Shown piece by piece: positions 10,401 to 21,133 of a stretch of DNA of 64,000 nt; the stretch's first letter is position 1, and every line of letters starts with the position of its first letter. A program made the position numbers and the translations under genes. The DNA is from Alphaproteobacteria bacterium (GTDB lineage Bacteria; Pseudomonadota; Alphaproteobacteria; UBA828), in NCBI GenBank assembly GCA_965214705.1, contig CBDCCI010000001.1, positions 643,104-707,103 on the forward strand. The letters are read 5' to 3'. Below the pieces are notes generated by a model, which was given only the letters and a program-made list of their open reading frames with translations, did not search any database and was not told the DNA's origin.

Positions 10401-12465
10401 CCGGAGACGGAACCGCCGCTGCCGCCTCGCTTGGTGCTTGACAAGGCGGAGAAGCGCGCTCTTCACGATCATGTGATCGCCATTGCGGAGCGCACGGTGC
10501 CGGCCGGAACGGATGAGGCGGTGATGGCAAGATGCCGTAATGGGGCCCGGCACCGATCGGCACCGTTGGAGCCTGTCGCGATGGCCGCAAATCGGGTGTC
10601 GTTGCCCTTACACGCTGAGCATGTCCACGGGGTCTTCCGACGTCTCAACGGTGCGCTCCGAAGGCGCCGGCGATACCGCTGTCGCCATCCGTTGCACCGA
10701 AGGTGCCGGCAACACCCGTCGGATGCTCGCTCGGGTTGGCTCCGTTACCGAAGAACGCCGCGCCCCACTCTCCTTGCCACCGGGCATCCGACCCGCCTCC
10801 GGAGACCTCCCCCCTCCACACTGACCAGTCCGATATGAACGCTGTCTCGAAACGCAGCTCCGTCGGAATGGACGCCGCACCATTTGCGGGGACGAAGTCA
10901 AAAATCACACCGTCCAATCTGCCATCGTCCATACTCGTCCCGAAGTCGGCCGTCAGTTCCACGTCAGCCTCGAAAGAGCCCACATCCGAGTCGTTCGACG
11001 ATCCGCCCGTATAGTACATCCCGATTGCATCGCCGACGTATATGGCGGTGCCGGTTAGCCTCTGCATGTGAGCCGGTTCGAACGGATCTCCGCCACCGGC
11101 AAGGACGCCGAAGTCGACCGGATCGAAGCTCGTAGCATCGTCCGGCAAATAGAGCCAGTATCCGAGGCTCAGATAATCGGCGGTCGGTACTTCGGCAGAA
11201 AAGGTCGGACGAAGTACTACTTCGTCACTGCCTGAGGCGGCAGGCGTGAACACGACATTGCCACCGTATGGATAATAGTACCCTTTCGGCTGGGCGAGTT
11301 CGAGCCAGCACGGTGATCCGCTGTCGCATGTGAACGTCCCCGATATGCCGTCCAACGTCCCGTCCAAGCCGTCGTCCGGTATCCGAACGCCTTGCCAGTC
11401 GTGACCCGGAAGAAGGTCTGGAATGTCGGCCAGAACGATGGTTCGGTCCGTCTCGCCGTAGCCAACCCAGGGTGCGCCCAATGTGTCGGAGTCGTCCGCA
11501 TCGGTCGCGAGAGTGACTTCAAGCGTGCCGCCACTGATGTACTCTTTCCTTCCCTGGAATACCTGCCAGCCATCCCCCAGACCGTGAACTCCGGCTATTT
11601 CAGACGTCGTGATGCTCCGTCCTTGCCAATCCACGAGCGGATCAGACGGCAGAGCCGCGCTTGTGTGCGAAGTCAGGAATTCCAGGGCATTTGCGTCGTT
11701 GCGGTAAGGAATGGCATTAGCGTACCGCAACGGCGAGGTCTGCACGACAATCGAGTGCCCGGAGCCGGAGATAGGGCTCTCAATACGCCAAATGTTGGTG
11801 TGGCCATCCGCCACACTGACGACCTCGGCTATGGCGTCCGCGGCGGAGGGCTCCTGCCGATCATCGCTTGCTCCGAACGCACCCGTGATGCCGTCGCGGT
11901 CGAAGACGCCGCCGACCTCCTGGTGCAACGGACCGTAGAACATGCCGCTGATCGTGGGATCCACTCCGTCGTTGAAGGCCCCGTTCGTAAGGGAAAGATC
12001 GTTCCAGAGCATGTCGGGGCGTGCGGTCCCCGCCGCCACATCATGGATGCCGGTGAACGAGACATCGATGTCGGGCTCGGAAAGATCGTCTACGTCGACC
12101 GTGGCGTCGCCGAGGATCAGGCGGGTGGTTCCGGGCTCGTAGCGCGTCACATCCAAGCCGACCATGACGCCTGTCCATGTGGCGGAGCCCAGGCCAGTCG
12201 GGTTCGTGCCCGTGTATCGGCCAAACGATACGCCGTCGGTGCTAAGTGTCCGGCCCGAAATGAATTGAGTGATTTCAGTGTGTTATGCTTCACTGGTTGT
12301 GTCCAAACAATCAGCGAGGCACAAGATGTGGACTGAAATCACTCGACCGAAGTATGACCGCACGGGGCTGCGTTACGCAAGCGATGGAGTGGACGCCCCT
12401 CCCGGCGGCATCGCGATGTGCCATGTTGGCGGTGGTGTTAACGCCAAGAGAGGAAAGGGGCGTCC

Positions 12466-13488
12466 ATGGACCAAGCTACCATGATCGGGATCGATCTTGC
12501 GAAGAACAGCTTTCAACTGCACGGCGCGGGCAGCGACGGGTCGGTCGTATTCCGCAAGAAGCTGAGCCGAGGGAAAGTGCTGGAGTTTCTGGCTTCCCAG
12601 CCGAGTTGCCAGGTGGCGATGGAGGCCTGCGCCGGCGCTCATTACTGGGGCCGGGAGATCGGCGATCTGGGTCACACGGTGAGGTTGATCCCACCCCAAT
12701 ATGTCAAGCCTTACGTCAAGCGTGGGAAGAACGACGCCGCGGATGCAGAGGCGATCTGCGAGGCGTCGTCGCGTCCGACGATGAGTTTCGTGGCGGTCAA
12801 GACGGCGGAACAGCAGGGTCGGGTGATGCTGTTCCGGACCCGCGATCTGCTGGTGCGCCAGCGCACCCAGACCATCAACGCGCTACGCGGCCATCTGGCG
12901 GAGTTCGGCGTTGTTGCGGCCCAGGGCCCCGCTCATGTCGCCCGCTTGGCGTCGGCGCTCGAGGATCCGGACTCGGGCCTGCCGGATGCGGTCCGCGAGT
13001 TGGGCAGCCTCCTGTTCGAACAGGTCGCCGGCCTCACCGAGAAGATCGACGGCCTGGAGAAGGACATCCATGCGAGCGCGCGGCAGGATGCGGAAGCGCA
13101 GCGCCTGATGAGCGTGCCGGGGATCGGCCCGATCACGGCGATGGCGATCCAGGCTTTCGCGCCGCCGATGGAGGGCTTCCGGCGCGGCCGGGACTTCGCC
13201 GCCTGGCTCGGCCTGGTGCCGCGCCAGCACTCGACCGGCGGCAAGCCGCGGCTAGGCAAGATATCGAAGATGGGCCAGCGCGATCTCAGGCGACTGCTGA
13301 TCACGGGCGCAATGGCGGTCGTCCGCTGGGCTGTTCGGCGGGGCCGGACGAGCGACCCGTGGCTCGCCAGGATGCTGATGCGCAAGCCGCGCATGCTGGT
13401 CGCCGTGGCGCTGGCCAACCGGATGGCGCGCATCGTGTGGGCGCTGATGACGAAGAAGGAGCGTTATCGGGCTCCCGCAGCCGCCTGA
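12466..13488 (+). CDS. IS110-family transposase (DEDD recombinase)
   Basis: IGIDLAK, MEAC, KNDAADAEAI, GLVPRQHSTGG. Confidence 0.95.
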   Translation: MDQATMIGIDLAKNSFQLHGAGSDGSVVFRKKLSRGKVLEFLASQPSCQVAMEACAGAHYWGREIGDLGHTVRLIPPQYVKPYVKRGKNDAADAEAICEASSRPTMSFVAVKTAEQQGRVMLFRTRDLLVRQRTQTINALRGHLAEFGVVAAQGPAHVARLASALEDPDSGLPDAVRELGSLLFEQVAGLTEKIDGLEKDIHASARQDAEAQRLMSVPGIGPITAMAIQAFAPPMEGFRRGRDFAAWLGLVPRQHSTGGKPRLGKISKMGQRDLRRLLITGAMAVVRWAVRRGRTSDPWLARMLMRKPRMLVAVALANRMARIVWALMTKKERYRAPAAA

Positions 13489-13800
13489 GAGGCGTCAAAG
13501 CGGGTAGTTGTCGGGGACGCGGGCAGGTCTGAGGAAAGGCAAGGGCAAACGGTCAATCGAGACGGGGTCGGGAAAACCAGCTTTCGGATGCAGAGCCTTC
13601 GAGCTCGCGTCGACCGTGGCGTCGCCGATCAGGCGGGTGGTTCCGCTCGAAGCGGTCACATCCAAGCCGAAGCGATATGGACCCGATCCGCGCATCTCCA
13701 TGAGGGCCCGCGGCGTGTGACGTGCCGCATTGAGAGGCCGGACACACGACAGCACCTGACCGCATGCGCTGAGCCGACCGAAGAAAATGCTTGCGTCAAA
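13489..13800 (+). ncRNA. Putative bridge/seek RNA region of the IS1111-type element
   Basis: Non-coding right end with the usual IS1111-like layout; contains cgc..aagcgat matching the target flank; exact RNA ends unknown. Confidence 0.6.
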
Positions 13801-16800
13801 CGGGGCGTCCACACACGATCTGAGCGATGCCGAATGGCGCGTGATCGAACCCCATATGCCGGCGCCGAATGCCCTGGGCCGGCCGAGGACGACGGACCTG
13901 CGGGAGGTGGCGAACGCCATCCTGTATGTCTTGCGCTCGGGCTGCCCCTGGCGGTTGCTGCCGAAGGACTTTCCGCCGCGTTCGACGGTGCAGCGCTATT
14001 TCGCCGCGTGGCGGGACGACGAGCTGTGGGCGCGCATCAATCACCATCTCCTGATGGCGGCCCGCGAGGCCGAGGGGCGCGAGGCCAGCCCATCGGCCGG
14101 CGTCATCGACAGCCAGTCGGTCAAGACCACGGAAAGCGGCGGCCCACGGGGCTTTGACGCGGGCAAGAAGATCAAGGGCCGCAAACGCCACATCCTCACC
14201 GACACCGGCGGCCTGCTGGTTGCCGCTCAGGTCCACGCCGCCAACATCCAGGATCGCGACGGCGCCCCCTCGGTGCTCGCGTCCATCCGCCACGCCTTCC
14301 CCTGGCTCCGTCATGTCTTCGCCGACGGCGCCTATGCCGGCCCCAAGCTCGAGGCAGCTTTGCAGCGGATCGGTCAGTGGACCCTGGAGATTGTCAAACG
14401 CCCGCACGGCGCACGAGGTTTCGACGTCCTGCCGCGTCGATGGGTGGTCGAACGCACACTGGCGTGGTTGAACCGCAATCGACGGCTCGCCAAGGACTTC
14501 GAGGCCACCGTCGCCACCGCCCAAGCGTGGCTCTTCATCGCCAGCGTTCAGCTCCTCACCAGAAGACTGGCAAGACATTGAAAATCAACACCTTATTATG
14601 GGCCGGACACTAAGGCTGGACGACGCCGGCAACATGCTTTCATCGCAGGAAGTAACACTTGGTCCCCTACATTGGAGGTGCTCTTGTACAATAAAGCTAC
14701 TGTACTCAGAATGCCCAACGTATACCTCGAAGCTGTCCCAGTTATCATCGTCAATACTATAGATAGAATCACCTTTGAATTGGGACATATTTACGCCGTT
14801 GTGTTCCAATATGGGCTTGACGGTGTAACCCTCCGGCAAGGAGTCAAGCGTCAGCCAATTCGTAGACCTAGGTTCCTGATCTATGGGCTGGCCTAATGGC
14901 TTCCATTCTCCGGTGTCCACCTGGTAATGACGGCCTTCAACCTCATGGGTGGTTTGCCGTGCCGTTCTGTTATAGAGGTTAAGGACTTGACCCTCCGACA
15001 GATCGAGCGTCGGGTTGCCGTCAGCGAAGCTCTGCCACTTCTCCAATAGCGGTGTCTCGGTGCCGCTGCCGTCGTCCGGCATTGGAAGGCGGGCTCCGAA
15101 GCTGCCTGTGATTTCCGCCGCGTTGTGGTGGAACGTGCCCGCGGCTTCCTCGTGGCCGGAGCCGAGAAAGGCTCCGTTTAGAATTCCAGCGGCGCCGTCC
15201 TCGAAGGTCCCGTCGGCCTGTGTCCGAAGATCCTCGAAGCCGAAGTCGGGTAGGGCACGCCGGCCGTCACGGCTCGCGACTTCCGAAAACGCCACGTCCA
15301 CGAGACTGGTGGGGAGGTGGAAGTCGACAGTGGTGCGCCCCTCGACGAATGGATTATCGAGGGGATCGTGGCTGTACTGGTATCCCAGCATCGGGCCGGA
15401 CCACTGCGCGCTTTCGTCCGGAAGGCGGCCCGCCACCGTCCCCTGGACGCCGGTCCACACCTCGAAGAGACCTGCAGGTGTGCCGAGCGTGTCGGTCCAC
15501 GCATCGCTGTACTTCTGAAAACCCGTCCCGAACGCGCCGTGCTCCATCGTCCCCATGTAACCATCGACGACATGGCGTCCCTGGCGGCCGTCGGTGGACG
15601 CAGCCGACTGCCGTTCGATCCGCACTAAGCCGATATCCTCGACGAGTCTCGCCGTATCTCTCCCGTCCCATCCGGCCGTTGACGCGAGCACGTCATCGCG
15701 CGTCGTCGCGGTCCAGTCGTTCCATTGACCCGCAGAAGCATTTCGCATCTCGCACGAGGATCCGGTGTCGCACCGATACCGGTGCCAGCCGTTGTCGACA
15801 GGATCCGCCGCTCCAATCCGATGGGACAAGCCCGCCAGGTGGTCGGCGGTGGCGATCGCCTCCTCGCGGCGGGGCCGGTCGTCGTGCGTAGCGCCAAAGC
15901 TCGCGAGCAGTCCGGCGCGAGGGTCGTGAAGCGTTCCCGCGACCTCCTCATGCTCCGGTCCGTAGAAATTCGCCGAGAGCGTCGAATTCTCGTCCGTTCC
16001 GACAATGGCGTTCTCCGTGAGCGCGAACGGGTAGTATAGAGCGCCGTCGGCAAATGCCTCGGGGTCTCCATCGGAATAGACCGCGAGCGAGGTGAAACTC
16101 GCGGTGCCGTCCAGGGTGCCGAGATCGACCGCCAGGTTGGCGTCTCCGGTGACCGGCGGCATCCAGTCGTAATCGATTGCCGCCCCGATCAAGCCACCCG
16201 CATAGCAGACCTTCCCGAACGAGTCCTCCAGCGGGTAGGACATGCCGAAGTCCCCGGTGCTTCGGTAGCCGAATGCGTCGGCGCCCACCTGCAGAAGATC
16301 GGTTACCTCGAGGGCATGCCAGCGATTGGCTGCGCCATCGTAGTGCGGTTGCGGGTCGGCCAGGTCAATCTGAAGATCGCGGGATACGCTGAGCGTGAAA
16401 CCGGCATGGTCTGTCCAGCCCGCGAGCCCGTAGGTCTCGGGCCGCCCGCTCTCCTCCGTCACGGTCATGCCGAGATCCGCGAGGAACGCGAAGTCGACGG
16501 CATGCGGCAGAAATGGCCGCAACGCCGCGTCCTGACTGCAGTACGCCATGACGGAGGCGCAGACGCCGCTGTGGCCGAAATCATATACGGTCGCCTCGGG
16601 GTCCCGCTCGCCCTCGACCCAGGCATGTGTGTCGGAGGCGTCCTGGAAAGGCGCGGGGCCGCCATGGAGGGCAACGACGTTGGGTCCCGTCCGGGTGCCG
16701 GATTCCGTGTCGGTGTAGGGTGTGTGGGGCACCGGCTCCGTGTGACCCCACCATGCGCCCAGCACATGCCCGATCTCGTGGGTGAGCGTTGCGAACAATC

Positions 16801-18049
16801 CGGCCTCGCCGGCCTCGTGCAGATATCCTCTGTCGATCGCCACCGATCCGAAATGGGGTTCCCAATCGCCGGGCGGCTGAATCCCCGGAATCGCCGAGCC
16901 GGCCACACGCAGGTCATTGTCCCGGACAGCGATCTCAAGCCCGGTGCTGACCTCGCCTCCGGCCCCGACGTAAACCTGAACAGGGGGACCGGGATAGTTG
17001 TTCAACCAGCCCTTGAGTTCGCCTTGTTCCCGCTCCCACGTGGACCATGTGTCGGCAATCCGGCGGCTCCAGGCCTTGCCGGCGCGTTCGAGCATGGCAC
17101 GGAACGCCGGATCGTCTTTCATCGACGGCCCGGCGCTCGAGAGGTCGAATGCGATCGAGAGCGTGTCGGCCGGTCCGCCTGTCCAGCGTCCATAGGTCAC
17201 ACCATGGCGGGTCCCAAGTACCCGAACCTCGTCGCCATCCTGAAGATCCGGGGCCGCCGGTGCGTCGTCGGAACTCCGAGCCGCCGCTTTGAGCGCCGTA
17301 AGGTCGGCCGCATCGGCGTCCGATGCTGACGTGCTCAGCGAAAGACCATCCGCGATGCTCCGAGTGCGCCGGTGCCCCCAATGATCGAGCAGGTCAGCCG
17401 CGGTCAGGTTGTTGCGGGGACGCTCGGCCAGACGCACACTGCCCGGGCGGGTCAGTTCGGGTGCGGGGGGGGGACGAGAAAAGAGTGTCTACCCCGGAGC
17501 GACCGCTTGAATCGGCTGGCTCGAAAGCCATGCCCACGTCGCTCGCTACGCCGTTCGTATCCGCCGTCGTTGCCGTTCCAGACGGAGCACCGCTTGTCAC
17601 AACTGTGGAATCGCCGGACGACTGTGCGCCGCTCTCCGTCTCCGTTGAAGGGAGCCCCCGCATGTCGGCGCTGGGTTGTTCGCCCGCGATGATGGTTTCA
17701 CTGCCAACAGATTCCGGGCGCTCCCAGCTCGTCACGGGTCGATCCGTGCCGGATCCCTGGCAGGCCGCGAGCGAGAGTGAGGCAACTGCCATGACAGGAA
17801 GGGGAGAGAGTCGCAAGGCGGGATTCGCGCGCACCATGTCATTTCCTCATCCGACAGATGTTAATCTGAACTTCCGGGGCGGGTATTGGACGGAGCTAAG
17901 TGCTTGCCAAAGCTGCCTGAGCCGACGTTTCGGGCGGTTGCGTACCGGGAATGCTACAGGCTCACGCCGAGCAGGTCGAGGACGTTGTTGGCGCTGTTAT
18001 CTGTGTCGGTTCGGTCAATTTCCGGTTCAGAACACACTGATCAACAGTC

Positions 18050-18399
18050 TTAGCGGGCCACACTACAATCCAATGTCCGCCCGACAGCCGTGCCGATGCG
18101 TTCCGCCGCCGCCTCGGTCTCCCGGTCGCCGACATGTGCGTAGTGCAGCGTCATGCTCGGCCGCCTGTGACCAAGCAGGCGGGAGACGACCGGCAACGGG
18201 ATGCCCCGCAGCACGGCGTGGCTGGCAAACGTGTGACGAAGGTCATGCAGGCGCACGTCTTCGATCCCGGCCTCCTTGCGCACCGAAGGCCAAAGCGGAA
18301 GATCGCGCGAGAACGGCCGCCCGGGGTTCGACGGCGAGGGGAAGACGTAAGGGCACCCGGATCGCGGCTGCCGCTCCAGAATGGCGCGGGCCGTGTTAG
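18050..18399 (-). pseudogene. Tyrosine integrase C-terminal fragment
   Basis: VRLHDLRHTFASHA, LLGH, TLHY; truncated at the IS1634 end. Confidence 0.85.
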
Positions 18400-20105
18400 C
18401 CCGACTTCCGCAACTCGGGGGTTATGAGGGTGCTAACCCATTGATTCTCCGTGATCGGACCCCCAAAGGTCGGCACTACAGAGCGCCGAACGGAGGGGCG
18501 GTCCGTGCGCAGTCAGGCGGAGAACCGCGGCCCGGGCTGTTGCGGCAGGGTCATGCCGATACCCGGAACAAGTCCGGGCAGGTGTAGCAGTAGCTCGTGC
18601 TCCTTGTTCGGCCGGGTGTGGCGCGGCAGGACCAAGTGCCGGCCGTCGGTGGTCGGCAGGTGGACGTCCACCATCTGGATGGTGGCGAACGCCTTGATGA
18701 TGGCGCGGGGCGTCAGCCCGTTGGCGCGCGGGCGGGCGAGGTTCTTCAGCGTGACCAGCAGGCAGTAGGCAATGAAGGAGACGAAGATGTGCGCCTCGAT
18801 CCGCTTCTCGCGCTGATGGAAGATGGGACGGATGGCGAGGTCGTGCTTGAGCTCCTTGAACGCCTGCTCGATCTCGATCAACTGCATGGACAGGTGCCAG
18901 AGCGTGGCGGGGTCTTCGGCGGTCATGTTGGATCGCAAGAGGTAGCGGCCCTCTCGGCGGCGCACGCGGCGTAGCCGGTCGCGCCGCAGGCGGAATGAGA
19001 AGCCGTCGGCGGCGAGTTCCTTGTCGGTCTCGGGCACGCGGATGCCGACCAGGTTCCAGGCCCGGCCCGCCTCCTTCCTGGCGGCGCCGAGCTTGAGCAT
19101 CAGTTGATCTCGGCTGTTGGACTGCCCTTGCAGCTCGTGCAACCGGTGCCACAGCTTCTTGAGCCGGCGCCGGCGCATGCCGCGTTCCTTCAGCTGCCGC
19201 CCCTCGCTGCGCACCAGGACGTAGAGTTCGCCGTCTTCGACCAGCAGCTTGACGTTCACGGACTGGCGCACCTCCTGCCAGGGCAGATCCAGGAATGCCT
19301 TCTCCAGCCGCGTCAGCCGCCCCTTCGGCGTGCCCACCAGATAGCGCACCGGCGCCTCACCCGCGCGCATTGCCGCCAGCGTCTCCTCGGTAGGGATGCC
19401 ACGGTCCATGATCCAGATCCGGTCGGAGCGGCCGTATTGCCGTTCGATCTTCTCGAGGAACCCCGCCAGCGTGGTCTGGTCGGCGGTATTCCCCGGCATC
19501 ACTTCGTAGGCCAGCGGGAAGCCCTCGGGCGTCACGATCAGCGCGATCACCACCTGCACGCAGTCAGGCCGCTTGTCCCGGCTGTAGCCGAAGCGGCGCT
19601 TGTCCTCGAACGGCGGGTCGCTCTCGAAGTACGTGCTGGTCAGATCGTACAGCAGGACATCGAAGCGCGCGTCGAACAGCGCCGCCCAGCGGCCGCGCAG
19701 GAACGAGAAGAAGTCCTGCTTGTGCTCCAGCAGCTTGTCGAGGCAGCGATACAGTGTGTCGTCGGCGACCGCCCGGTCGCTGCCCAGCAGATCGCGCAAC
19801 GCGCTGTGCTCGTACCAGTGACGGTGAAGACGCCACTCGCTGCCCGGATCGATCAGCCGGTAGCAGGCCAGGATCTTCAGGATGTCCAGCCATCGTGTGC
19901 CTTGCCGGCTCGGCGGCAGGCGCGGACCCCAGAAGCGGTCCAGATCAAGACGGTCCCACAACGCCAAGGCCAGCCAGCACGCCCCCCACTGGCGCGGGTC
20001 GTGAAGCGCCACCTCCGAGACGTTGATCTTGACCACTTCGCAGTTCAGCGCCGGCGCCTCCCGATCCTCGGGAAAGAGCGCCATCTGACGCGACCCCGAC
20101 TTGCC
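18400..20105 (-). mobile_element. IS1634-family element, 5'-truncated
   Basis: YDLTSTYFE, FGYSRDKRPDC, IMDRG, IEQAFKELK, RPIFHQ; N-terminus replaced by ExeA-like sequence. Confidence 0.85.
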
Positions 20106-20267
20106 CAGCTCCACCCGGGCCTCTACCGCATCCACTACGTCTCGCTGACCACCGGCAACGTGCTCGACATGTACAAAGTAAGCGGTATCGGGCCCCCATA
20201 CTTCCAGCGGATCTGATTTCGGGGCTGACTCTCCGCCTTGACCACGAGCCACACAGGAGAGATCGCG

Positions 20268-20693
20268 ATGACAGATTCGATTTTGGCATCTGGCGACGGT
20301 GTCGCTGTTGCTTCGGTTGAGATCCCAGCTTCTGAGGGAGCCGCCCCGGCTCCGTCTGAGCCGGCCCCCATGCGACGCTGGCCGGACGATGAGAAGGCGC
20401 GGATTGTCTCGGAGAGCTTTGAGCCGGGCTCTTCGGTTGCGGCGGTCGCGCGCCGCCATGGCGTCAGCGATACGACCCTGACCAAGTGGCGGCGGCGCGC
20501 GCGGGAGGGAACTCTTCCGGGCGCTCGGATTGGTGGCTCTGCACCGCCATTTGTTCCCGTGGTGGTTGATAGCGTGACGTCCGAGCGGACGGTGGCGATC
20601 GAGGCGCTAGGCGTGGTCGTTCGCCTTCCGGTGGAGAGCGCGGTCGATCGGATTGTTGCGGTGGCCTCGGGCCTGGGCCGGGCGTCGTCATGA
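20268..20693 (+). CDS. tnpA: IS66 TnpA (HTH)
   Basis: RRWPDDEKARIVSES..VAAVARRHGV. Confidence 0.88.
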   Translation: MTDSILASGDGVAVASVEIPASEGAAPAPSEPAPMRRWPDDEKARIVSESFEPGSSVAAVARRHGVSDTTLTKWRRRAREGTLPGARIGGSAPPFVPVVVDSVTSERTVAIEALGVVVRLPVESAVDRIVAVASGLGRASS

Positions 20694-21040
20694 TCGCGGC
20701 CCCCTCGCTTCGCATCGTGTTGGCGACGCGGCCGGTTGATTTTCGTCGCGGCCACGACGCGCTTGCGGCGACGGCGGCGGGGGAGCTGGACCTCGATATC
20801 TATTCCGGGGTGATCGTGATCTTCCGCTCGCGCCGCGGCGACAGGCTCAAGCTCCTTGCGTGGGACGGCAGCGGTCTGGTGATGACCTACAAGCGTCTGG
20901 AGCAGGGCCGCTTCGCCTGGCCTCGGATCGAGGATGGTGTGATGCGCCTTACGAAGGGCCAGTTCGAGGCCCTCTTCGAGGGTCTGGACTGGCGCCGGGT
21001 GAAGGCCCGCCCGGTTCGCCGCCCGCTGGCGGCGGAGTGA
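20690..21040 (+). CDS. tnpB: IS66 accessory protein TnpB
   Basis: PVDFRRG, DRLKLLAWDGSG, KRLEQGRFAWP. Confidence 0.92.
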   Translation: MIAAPSLRIVLATRPVDFRRGHDALAATAAGELDLDIYSGVIVIFRSRRGDRLKLLAWDGSGLVMTYKRLEQGRFAWPRIEDGVMRLTKGQFEALFEGLDWRRVKARPVRRPLAAE

Positions 21041-21133
21041 GGCGGCACGCAGGCGGGGCCGCAGATTTCGGTCGCGGTCCCGCCTGCACTTTTCCCTGGT
21101 CATGCATTGGCGAATCGGATTAAGGGGTGGCCC

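Larger units (their letters stand above)
12386..13819 (+). mobile_element. IS110-family (IS1111-type) element
   Basis: Sub-terminal IRs gtggacgcccc (12389-12399)/ggggcgtccac (13802-13812); CGAT core at both junctions; long 3' non-coding region. Confidence 0.92.
12246..14610 (+). mobile_element. IS5-family (IS1031-like) element; transposase 12326-14581 interrupted by IS110
   Basis: TIR gtgtccggccc/gggccggacac, TAA duplication; MWTEITR..RYASD|LSDAEW, IDSQSVKT, RWVVERT. Confidence 0.92.
10645..17837 (-). pseudogene. ~1,600-aa TbpB-like multi-barrel surface lipoprotein with HExxH motif, split by IS5 and a frameshift in a G9 tract
   Basis: Lipobox LAAC; THEIGHVLG; repeated FYGP..EEV.G.F...G.FGA barrel ends; removing IS5 joins SSL|STDGVSFG in frame. 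Confidence 0.8.

Noticed and set aside
12093-13670. DGR template/variable repeat pair
   Set aside because: Differences are mainly deletions, not adenine-specific substitutions; both RTs are group II intron type
18513-20459. 648-aa ORF (likewise 61939-63879, 13787-14581, 45530-46495, 51639-54077) as real full-length genes
   Set aside because: Chimeric frames reading across IS junctions
20690-21040. RNA-guided TnpB nuclease
   Set aside because: This is the 116-aa IS66 accessory TnpB, unrelated to IS200/IS605 TnpB
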